Positions 25,550-33,546 of a stretch of DNA of 64,000 nt are shown here, piece after piece. The notes below the pieces were generated by a model. The model saw nothing but the letters and a program-made list of their open reading frames with translations. It was not told where the DNA came from and ran no database searches. Made by a program: the position numbers and the translations under genes. The DNA comes from an uncultured Chloroflexia bacterium. Lineage in GTDB: Bacteria; Chloroflexota; Anaerolineae; Anaerolineales; Villigracilaceae. How positions within the stretch are numbered: position 1 is the stretch's first letter; the number at the start of each line of letters is the position of its first letter. The stretch covers positions 28,733-92,732 of the forward strand of contig CAVVCL010000005.1 of NCBI GenBank assembly GCA_963746745.1, written 5' to 3'.

Positions 25550-27182
25550 CTACTGGCTGATATCGTTGACGTAGTCCTTGGCGGGCGCGCACACATCGGT
25601 AAAGTGTGTCGACAGTGTGTCCCATGTCAGCGAATGGTCGGCCGTCCAGGCATCGTTGACCACCAGCGACAGACATCCCGGACCGGCGTTGTAATTGACG
25701 AGCGTGAGCTTCCACAGGTCTTCGTACGAGGCAACGGCGGCCGGATCTTGCCCGACGGTGTTGTGGATCACCTGGGCCGTCTGATCGCAGCTGGCCAGCA
25801 GCGTATGTGCGAACACGCCGACGCTGAAATCCGCCCGGCTCAAGTCGATGCCCAGAGCGCAGTTGTCGCAACTGGCGTTGACGCTCGAAACCAGTGCTTC
25901 ACGCAGCAGTTTCTGCTGGTCAGCCTCTAAATGCAGATACCCCTTGCTGCAATCGTCGGCCGAGAGTACCAGCGGGCAGTAGGCGCTCGAAGAAGGACGG
26001 ATTCCACAGCAGGGTGGTGTCGGCGCCGTTTTCGGTCAACTGCCCCAGGCCCGAGTCGGCACTGGCCTTGAACACTCCCGGCCAGAACTGACTCTCACGC
26101 GCAAAGAGATTCTTGAGCAGCTGGGCGGGCACGCCGGTGTCCGTCGAAGTGTCAACTATCAGGCTGTCGAACTGGTTCTGCCATTGGTCCACTGCGCTGC
26201 GCGCCGCCTCCTGCCCGCAGGAGTTGGCGCCGCCTTCCGGCAGCAGGCCTCCATCCGGACACGTGCTGGCATCCACGGCGCCTTGCAGTATGAGGTTGGC
26301 GGACAGGTAGTTGTAGGGAATGTCGCTGCTGAGATCGGCGGGATCCGTGGGGGTGCTCAGCCAGGCGGGCGGCCCACCTACCGGTGGGAACACGTCCCAT
26401 GTGGCGGAACAGGATGCGTTGGGGACACCCCGCCATTAACTCGACAGCACGTCGACATAATACGAAGACTGGTCCGGATTGTTGACGTCGTCAAGCGCCA
26501 CGCGGACCTGTGCGCCGAACACCTGGCTGCTATCGCCGTAGCTCGACCACGCCCAGAATTGCACGTTGGCGCCGTCCCCATCCGTGGGTGATAGCTCAAG
26601 CTTGCAGGTGGCGTCGCACTTGAAGGGTGTGCTGTCCACGGTGCCCTCGATGCCCAGGATGTGTTCGTTGGGGAGCGGCTCTTCGCCCTGGAGCACAAGA
26701 ACAGGTGCGCTTTCGCAGATGCTCGTGCCAGCCCGCGACACGGGATCGCAGCCCTCCAGGGATATCGAGACTTGCGGCGCGGGCAGCGTCACGGTAATCT
26801 CGCGCTGCGATGGCTGGGTATCCACGAGGTAGAGGTAGTCGCCTTCGCAACGCTGCTTGCGTGCGGCTCCGTAGCAGGGAGGCTGCTCCGCGAAGTCGGA
26901 GGCCACGTTGGCATCACAGTTCTGATAGACGTCGTCCAACGTGGGCTGGCCTTCATGGTCTATGACGAGGGAGCACTCGACGGTGTTGTTGTCCCACGTG
27001 GCCATCCACCAGGTGTAGGCGGTGTAGTCCACCGTGATCGTTGCGATCCGGTCCGGACCCGGAGGGGCCTCGGGCTGCGCTGCCGCCGCTGGCTTGGCGG
27101 GCAATATCGCCTGCGCGCCCAATGCAAAGAGAAGCGCAGCGACAACGCTCGCGAAAGCCGTGCCGGATCGATTTGGCCTCAT
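25550..27182 (-). pseudogene. Secreted lytic-transglycosylase (SLT)-domain protein, interrupted by an in-frame TAA (26438-26436) and a frameshift near 25978-25990; could alternatively be two or three genes
   Basis: ORF 26436..27182 has a signal peptide (MRPNRSGTAFASVVAALLFALGAQA). The same frame continues after TAA into ORF 25920..26393 (ARESQFWPGVF, GLGQLTENG = SLT catalytic region). The C-terminal part (VNYNAGPG) lies in ORF 25550..25843, whose frame stays open upstream as far as AYCPLVLSADDCSKGYLHLEADQQ. Confidence 0.6.
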
Positions 27183-27263
27183 GGGACAGGGGTCAGCATC
27201 GGTGGGAGTCCGCCACTATTATAGTGGACTCCGTTTGTCTTGCAACTGCTGGTTGTATTGCAG

Positions 27264-27551
27264 CTACTTGCGTTTGGTGGCGCGCTTCCTGGCGGCGCCG
27301 CGTCCGGCTTTCTTCGCCGGCGGGGCCTTGGGCCTGGGAGCCGCCCGCTTCCGGGTCGAGGTCTGGGACTGCGCGACTTTGCTTTCGGCTTGCATCGCTT
27401 CGAGCGTGGTCAGATCTCGTTCAAGATTGCGGCGGCGCGCCAAAAAGCTGACGACATAGATGGCCATGAGCACGGCAAAGATCACATAGCCCGCGATCAT
27501 GTAGGAGGAGGTATCGGGAGTGGCGTCTTGCAGGAGCATGGCGTAGTGCAT
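27264..27551 (-). CDS. ccmD: CcmD-like haem exporter protein D with a long Lys/Arg/Ala-rich C-terminal tail
   Basis: ORF 27264..27551. Single TM followed by basic residues (SYMIAGYVIFAVLMAIYVVSFLARRRNLERDL), placed immediately after ccmC as in System I operons. Tail: KRAAPRPKAPPAKKAGRGAARKRATKRK. Confidence 0.6.
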   Translation of the reverse strand: MHYAMLLQDATPDTSSYMIAGYVIFAVLMAIYVVSFLARRRNLERDLTTLEAMQAESKVAQSQTSTRKRAAPRPKAPPAKKAGRGAARKRATKRK

Positions 27552-27615
27552 CTCTCTTATCCTTTGTGGTGCGCACCCCTCGAGGTCGTGGCCCCGACAG
27601 GGTGTAAGCCGATTA

Positions 27616-28314
27616 TCACTGCATGAGGCTGAGCTTGAGCTGTTCGACGCGGGCGGCCAACCGTCCCATCAGGATACGATTCCAGAAGAGGTCGATGAAG
27701 ATTATTGTGAAGGCAAACAGCGCGAAGAAGAAGGCCACCTGCATGCCGGGCACCATGGCAAAGGTGCCTTGCGCACTGGGATCTCCGCTGCCGATCACGA
27801 CAGGATGGATCGTGCGGAAGAGCCGAATTGCAAAAAACGTGATGGGAGCGCTGACCGCGCCGATGATGGTGTAGACGGCGCCGAAGCGGGCCCGGCGTCC
27901 CGGATCCTCTATGCCCTGACGCAGCATGAAGTAGGCGACATAGATCAGCTCGGTCACGGCGGCAGTCGTCAGCCGCGGGTCCCACGTCCACCAGGTGTTC
28001 CAGACGGGACGCGCCCAGATCGAGCCCAGCACGATCGTGATGAGGAAGAAGACCAGGCTGATTTCGATGGCCGCGATCTCGACGATATCCCACTTCTCGT
28101 CCCTCGTTGAAAGGTAGGCCACTCCGGCCACGCCGGCGGCAACAAAACCGAGCAGGGCGGTCCAGGCCGTGGCGATATGGAAATAGAAGACCCGCTGGAC
28201 CTGTCCCATGACGGCCTCTTCCGGTGCGTAGACGAGGGCCAGATACGCCGCGACGACGAGCAAAACGATCGCAACGATATCAAGCACTCTCAGAGAGGTT
28301 GGTTTGGCTTCCAT
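27616..28314 (-). CDS. ccmC: Haem exporter protein CcmC
   Basis: ORF 27616..28314. WWD motif region WARPVWNTWWTWDPRLT and conserved FYFHIA helix. Confidence 0.9.
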   Translation of the reverse strand: MEAKPTSLRVLDIVAIVLLVVAAYLALVYAPEEAVMGQVQRVFYFHIATAWTALLGFVAAGVAGVAYLSTRDEKWDIVEIAAIEISLVFFLITIVLGSIWARPVWNTWWTWDPRLTTAAVTELIYVAYFMLRQGIEDPGRRARFGAVYTIIGAVSAPITFFAIRLFRTIHPVVIGSGDPSAQGTFAMVPGMQVAFFFALFAFTIIFIDLFWNRILMGRLAARVEQLKLSLMQ

Positions 28315-28384
28315 ACGCGCTCCTTCAATGAAATCCCTGTCTATAAGACGGGCGAGCGAGTGTCAAGCACCCAGGTCTTTCGAG

Positions 28385-29101
28385 CTACTCCTCGACGACG
28401 TAGTCAAAAACCATGAATGCGATGGCCGTGAAGATCACATCATACACGATCAGAAGATTGACCCACGGGCGGATATTGATGAAATCCTCACCGGTCAGGA
28501 AGCCGCCGCTGGCCTTCACCGCCGCGATCAACACAGGGATCACGACCGGGAACAGCAGGATGGGCAGCAGCATGTCGCGGGTCCGCGATTGCACTGCCAT
28601 GGTGGACAGCAACGTTCCCACCACAATATACCCGATCGATCCGAGCAACAGGATGAGCAGCAGGCCGGGCCTGAGGAGGTTCACGTTGTACAGAAAGGAG
28701 TACACCGGCAGGACGATGGCCTCCACTATCAGCATGAAGGTCAGGTTGCTGAAGACCTTCCCAAAGTAGATCGCGGAGCGATCAACCGGCGCCAGCAGCA
28801 GGCCATCCAGCGAGCCTTGATCCTTCTCGAGGCTCATCGAGCGATTCAGGCCGAGCGTGCCGGCGAAGGCAAAGGTGACCCAAAGGACGCCGGCGGTCAC
28901 GGATTGGCGGGTTCGGATGTCCAATTCGAGGGCGAAATTGAAAATGAGGATGACAAGCAGAGAGAAAACCAGCATCGCCGAGAAGAGCTCGCGCGATCGA
29001 AACTCGGCAGCCAGGTCTTTCCACGTGATGGCGGCCACGGCGCGTCCAAAAGCCAGAATTGGGGATTCGCGCCTGGCTGGGACGGATGGACGGCGCGCCA
29101 T
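28385..29101 (-). CDS. ccmB: Haem exporter permease CcmB
   Basis: ORF 28385..29239; start set at ATG 29101, one nt after the ccmA stop. Six hydrophobic helices. Its position between ccmA and ccmC supports the call. Confidence 0.8.
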   Translation of the reverse strand: MARRPSVPARRESPILAFGRAVAAITWKDLAAEFRSRELFSAMLVFSLLVILIFNFALELDIRTRQSVTAGVLWVTFAFAGTLGLNRSMSLEKDQGSLDGLLLAPVDRSAIYFGKVFSNLTFMLIVEAIVLPVYSFLYNVNLLRPGLLLILLLGSIGYIVVGTLLSTMAVQSRTRDMLLPILLFPVVIPVLIAAVKASGGFLTGEDFINIRPWVNLLIVYDVIFTAIAFMVFDYVVEE

Positions 29102-29102
29102 G

Positions 29103-29813
29103 TCAGGCAGCCAGAGCCCGCTTGTAGAACGACAGCAAATTCCCTCTTCCCAGGCTCTTCCTGGTGACCGAGGCGACAATCCTGCCCCGCGAAAGAATGT
29201 CGAAGCGCGTTGCCAGCGCCTCAGAACGGGCGAGATCATGCGAAGTCATGAGCACCGTCCGCCCCTCGGCGGCAACCGAACGGAGCACGCCATCCAACAT
29301 CGTCGAGGCGTCCTGATCGAGGCCGGTGTGCGGCTCGTCGAAAAGCATGACATCAGGATTGTGCAGCACGGCACGCCCGATGGCCAGCCTCTGCTGCATG
29401 CCCCGTGAGAATGTGCGGACCAAGTCATGGCGCCGTGCTTGGAGGCCGATCAGCTCCAGCACCTCGGTGGTGCGCGCGCCCACATGCGCTATCCCGTAGA
29501 GTCGGCCGTAGAAATGTAAATTCTCTTCGGCCGTCAAATCGCCGTAGAGCAGAGGCACATGAGAGACTACCCCGAGACGGGCCCGCACCGCTGCCGCCTG
29601 GTGAGGCAAGCGCTGTCCCGCGACGCTTACCTCGCCCATCGATGGATGGGACAGTGAGGCGAGAATACGCAGAAAAGTTGTCTTGCCGGCGCCGTTGGGC
29701 CCCAACAGCGCCACGAACTCCCCTGGCTTCACATCAAGATCAACCCCGTTCAAGACGGTCTTTAACCCAAAACGCTTGACCAGTCGGCGTACCTTGATCA
29801 TCGTTGTGGCCAC
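29103..29813 (-). CDS. ccmA: Haem exporter ATP-binding protein CcmA (ABC ATPase)
   Basis: ORF 29103..29813. Walker A GPNGAGKTT, signature FSRGMQQRLAIG, Walker B VMLFDEP. Confidence 0.85.
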   Translation of the reverse strand: MATTMIKVRRLVKRFGLKTVLNGVDLDVKPGEFVALLGPNGAGKTTFLRILASLSHPSMGEVSVAGQRLPHQAAAVRARLGVVSHVPLLYGDLTAEENLHFYGRLYGIAHVGARTTEVLELIGLQARRHDLVRTFSRGMQQRLAIGRAVLHNPDVMLFDEPHTGLDQDASTMLDGVLRSVAAEGRTVLMTSHDLARSEALATRFDILSRGRIVASVTRKSLGRGNLLSFYKRALAA

Positions 29814-29946
29814 TGGTTGGGATATAGCCTTCGGGTGGCGCCTCAGTGGGGCCAGACGACGGCGCAGATGCCCGGGGCCGAGGCGCGGCGCGTTCCACGC
29901 TTGATGGAGGCCCGGGAGCAGGCCGCATGCACAATCGACGTTCTGC

Positions 29947-31774
29947 TCAGGACAGCTCCTTGAGGGTCTCTTTCAGCTCGTTGCGGCGTATTCTATAGGG
30001 CTTGTCCGCGATCTTGCCGGCTTGATGCAGATCATCCAGAGCCAGAATGGCATCCATGACCTCATCCGCCGTGGCGAATTCTGCTTCGGCGGGCGCAGCG
30101 GGCTGCCGCCTGCGCTCACGCACGTAGAGGAACAGACCGACGGCGATGAGCGCCGCGCCCAAGAATGCACCGCCGATCAGCCATCCTTGATGCGCGTCCA
30201 ATCCTGCCGCGGTGCTGGATCTCGGTTGACCGCTGACCGAAAAAGCCAGCGTGTCGCCGGCCTTCAAGTCACTGGCAGAGAACTCTTCATAGTTGTTGCT
30301 CTGGATTACCTGAAGGCCCCGGGCCTCCAGTTGGCTGCCCTGGACTTTGATGCCCTCAGGGACCAACAAGATCAACGACGGCATGTCGATTGTAAGCGGC
30401 TGATTGATGTCGACCTTCTTGTCGTACGGCAGGTTGAAGAAAGCAACGATGGAGTATGGCTTATCGCTGGGTACAACTGCCACGCCCGGGTCCGCGGAAA
30501 CGAAGGGTGCGCTGTCCTGTCCTGCTTCGTAGCCCTGATTCGTTGCCCCCGCTGGCAGCTTGATGAACGGAATCGTTGCATTGTCCGTGGAGATCACAAC
30601 GGAGTTATTGCTCGCATTCGTGAAGGCGAAGATCTCGAGCACCTGGACCGTGCCGGCGGTGGTGAAGTCCGTGTAGAGGTGCACCTGGTCGAGCCTGAGC
30701 AGGCTTACATCCGTGCTGGCTTCATATAGTTTGAGGGGCGGCAACGCGACCTTGGTCGAATCGGCTGTTGCGGCCGCGAAGTCAGAGCGATAGGCAATGC
30801 CGCCGTAATCCACTTCGGCAAGGAAAATCCGATTCACAGGCATGCCGACGTCCTCAAACGAGTACGTGCCGTCTGGAGAGACGGTCCCGGAGAGGGAGAG
30901 GACCTCCTGGGGTCCCGAAGTCTGGTCCGGTGCATGGTCGTAGCCGTGCAGTGTGACCGTTAGATCCGCAGCCTGGCTGCCGCTTGGCAGCTCGACGTTC
31001 CCCGTCACTTCTCCCACTCCGCCAGCTACGGCTGTTCCGGGCGCGGCCACCGGCGTCGTGCTTTCGGAGGAGGTCGTCTCTGCGGGCGTCGCGCCTGTTG
31101 AGGGCGTTGAGGCCGACGCCACTTGGGGTGCGGCAGAGAACGTCAGACTTCTCAAGTACTCGGCCACCGCCTTGGCATCATCGTCTGAAAGGCCTTTTCC
31201 TAAAGGCCGCCTGGCTTGGGGTGCCGCTCTCCAGGGCAGCCACGAGGCCTTCTTCCGAAAGCGCCGCCATCTTTTTCTGGTCGGAGAATGCTGCCGGGCA
31301 ATCCGGGCAGCCGTTCTGGACCAGTGCTTGCCCGCGTGCCAGGTCTCCGGATGGTACGTGGAGCGTGAGGGCGTAGGCTACGACGTCCCACCGCTGCTGG
31401 TCACTGAGCGATCCGGCGAATGGTGGCATAAACCTGTCCATGTTGCCTTGCGAGACCGTTTTGAACCAGTCGGCTGGTGCGGCCGCGCCAGCTACTTGAG
31501 CCAAACCGAGGCCGGGGACCGTGACAGGCAGTTGCATGCTCTGTGGACCATCGCCCAGCCCCGTGCCACCGTGACACGGCATGCATTTGTCGGCAAAAAT
31601 GGCTGCGCCGTCTTGCAGGTCCGGTGCCGAGGCCGGGTATGCTGGGCCCAAGGTTGGCATGGGGCTTGGCGGGACGTAGTCCGGCGGGGGCGTAATGTCG
31701 GCTGCCAGCGTGAAACTGCAGCCAGCCAGAAGCATGGCGGAGAATACCAGAATCGCCGTGGAACGCAACTTCAT
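29947..31774 (-). pseudogene. Lipoprotein with a c-type cytochrome domain fused to a large extracytoplasmic domain, TM helix and cytoplasmic tail; split by a 1-nt shift in an A4/T4 run at 31195-31198 (or assembly indel)
   Basis: ORF 31178..31828 (start ATG 31774) reads MKLRSTAILVFSAMLLAGCS..., with CMPCH and MPPF. A second cytochrome-c-like domain follows with degenerate CPDCP. Its last helix GLSDDDAKAVAEYLRSL is in the frame of ORF 29947..31167, whose annotated 'M' is an internal GTG. TM WLIGGAFLGAALIAVGLFLYV lies near the C-terminus. Confidence 0.65.
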
Positions 31775-31797
31775 CTTTGCCTCAATGCCTGAAAGAT

Positions 31798-32320
31798 CTA
31801 CGGTAGAGCCCTGCCGCAGTTTGGACAAAACTTGTCTGTGACCAGCACCGGCCTCCCACAGCGCGGGCAGAATCCGGCGGATTTTTCGTGGCGACCGGCG
31901 CGCCGCGCGGCCAGCATCAATTCAATCCGGTCGTCGTCGAGCGGAACCCCAGTGCGGGACGAATCGCTTCGCCTGGCCGCGGCCGCCTGCTCAATGCGAG
32001 AGCTTGCATCCGTAACCGGGCCCGATCGCGGCATAGGATCAGGTTCCAGGTCATCGAGCCTGCGAAGGATGTCGGCGCCGGTCTGGAGGAGCGCCGCGCG
32101 CTGTGGCGGGTAGTCTTCCTGCGGGATCTTGCCAAGTTTGAAATCAAAATCCAGCTCCTGCAGCGCGTTTATGACGCGATCGCGCTCCGCCATCAGCGAG
32201 GATGCCTCGCGGGACTCCTGGGAAATCACCTGCCGGCACGTCACCCATAAGCGGCGCGGCGAGGAATAACCCCACGCCCAGAAGCAGGGCGAATAGCAGC
32301 AGGATGGCTCCCAGGTCCAT
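31798..32320 (-). pseudogene. Membrane-anchored zinc-ribbon protein (N-terminal region CcmI-like), frameshift near 32238-32250 (or assembly indel)
   Basis: ATG 32320 after AGGAGGG encodes the TM MDLGAILLLFALLLGVGLFLAAPLMG. ORF 31798..32244 in the next frame continues QVISQESREASSLMAERDRVINALQELDFDFKLGKIPQEDYPPQRAALLQTGADILRRLD and ends with FCPRCGRPVLVTDKFCPNCG. Confidence 0.6.
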
Positions 32321-32328
32321 TTTCCCTC

Positions 32329-32904
32329 CTACTTCAGCAGCGGATCAATGATCGACTGGATTTGGTCCGCCGAAGCAAACGGTCCTATCTGCACGTACCT
32401 GAGGATCCCCGACTGATCCACGAAATAGGTTTCCGGGACACCCTGAATACGAAACATCTGTGAGATCGTGGTGCCCACATCCGGGCCATTGGGATACTGA
32501 ATGCCGAATTTTTCCATGTAGGCCCGGGCCTCGGGTTCGGTATCCACATAGTCGATGCCCAGGAAGACCACCTTGCCGCTGCCCTGGTAGTTCGCCCAGG
32601 CAGACCGGAGGTCGGCGGCCTCTTGCTCGCATGGCTTGCACCATGACGCCCAGAAGTTGATTAGGAGCACCTTGCCGCGCAGGTCAGACAATTTCACCTG
32701 AGTTCGGCCGTCCATCTCGTAGCCGTTGAACAGAGCCAGGTTGAAATCGCGAATCTGGTCACCGGGTTGCGCCGTGCCCTTCTGCGAACGGTTGAGGGTG
32801 ACGGCCAGGATCACGAGCAGTCCGATGAGAACTGCCCAGATCGCGATCTGGGCCCAAAGCGGAACCCCGCGCCTCTTGGTGGGCACACTTGTCGTGTCAA
32901 ACAT
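32329..32904 (-). CDS. ccmG: Thiol:disulfide oxidoreductase of cytochrome c maturation (CcmG/DsbE/ResA, TlpA-like thioredoxin)
   Basis: ORF 32329..32904. N-terminal TM anchor, active site WASWCKPCEQE, ccm operon context. Confidence 0.85.
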   Translation of the reverse strand: MFDTTSVPTKRRGVPLWAQIAIWAVLIGLLVILAVTLNRSQKGTAQPGDQIRDFNLALFNGYEMDGRTQVKLSDLRGKVLLINFWASWCKPCEQEAADLRSAWANYQGSGKVVFLGIDYVDTEPEARAYMEKFGIQYPNGPDVGTTISQMFRIQGVPETYFVDQSGILRYVQIGPFASADQIQSIIDPLLK

Positions 32905-32982
32905 GCAACTCTCCAGAATTCCCCGCCGCGGATCCTATCGCAGCCACCGTGCTTCAGCAGCACCTGCAGAGACTCGGCGCGG

Positions 32983-33492
32983 CTACTTTCGTTTCTTCAA
33001 TTCGTCCTCGAGGCGGGCAACATACTCGTCGGCGGGCGCATCGGCCATGGTCTGATCCAAGTCACCGTCCGAGGCGTGTGCCGGCTGCGTCCAGGTCCTC
33101 AGGGCCCGGAAGAGCAGGAATGCGCCCGCCAGGATAATGACGGGCGGCAGAACATAGACCAGCCAATTCAGCCCAGTACGCGGCGGCTCTGCGAGGACGC
33201 GGGCCCCGTACTGCTCGACGAAGTATTGTTTGATGCGGGCCTCGCTCCACCCCTCGCTGAGCTGCTGGCGAATCAGGTCGCGCCACTGGCGGCATGCTTC
33301 CGTCGGGCAGACATCCAGCGGAGTATTCTCGCAGACGGGGCAGTACAACTGATGGGCAATGTGGTTGACCTGGTCATCGCTCGGGATGACGGTCTGCGCC
33401 AGCGCGGGCAGCGGCGCCGCGGTACTCCATAGACCTCCGATCAGCGCGGCAAGAAGCAAGCCTGCGATGGCATATTGCTTTCTACCCTTCAT
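32983..33492 (-). CDS. ccmH: Cytochrome c-type biogenesis protein CcmH (NrfF/CycL-like)
   Basis: ORF 32983..33492. Signal peptide, LYCPVCENTPLDVC motif (LRCxxC equivalent), then QYGARVLAEPP and a C-terminal TM helix. Confidence 0.85.
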   Translation of the reverse strand: MKGRKQYAIAGLLLAALIGGLWSTAAPLPALAQTVIPSDDQVNHIAHQLYCPVCENTPLDVCPTEACRQWRDLIRQQLSEGWSEARIKQYFVEQYGARVLAEPPRTGLNWLVYVLPPVIILAGAFLLFRALRTWTQPAHASDGDLDQTMADAPADEYVARLEDELKKRK

Positions 33493-33546
33493 TTCGGGTG
33501 CACCTTGATTGACCCATCATAACCTTAAGAGCTCGCGGACCTGGGA

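Noticed and set aside
3905-32250. Programmed ribosomal frameshifting as an explanation for the split genes
   Set aside because: I see no slippery heptamers or downstream structures at the sites, the shifts occur in both directions, and the affected genes belong to families not known to use recoding. Indel errors or pseudogenisation are simpler explanations.
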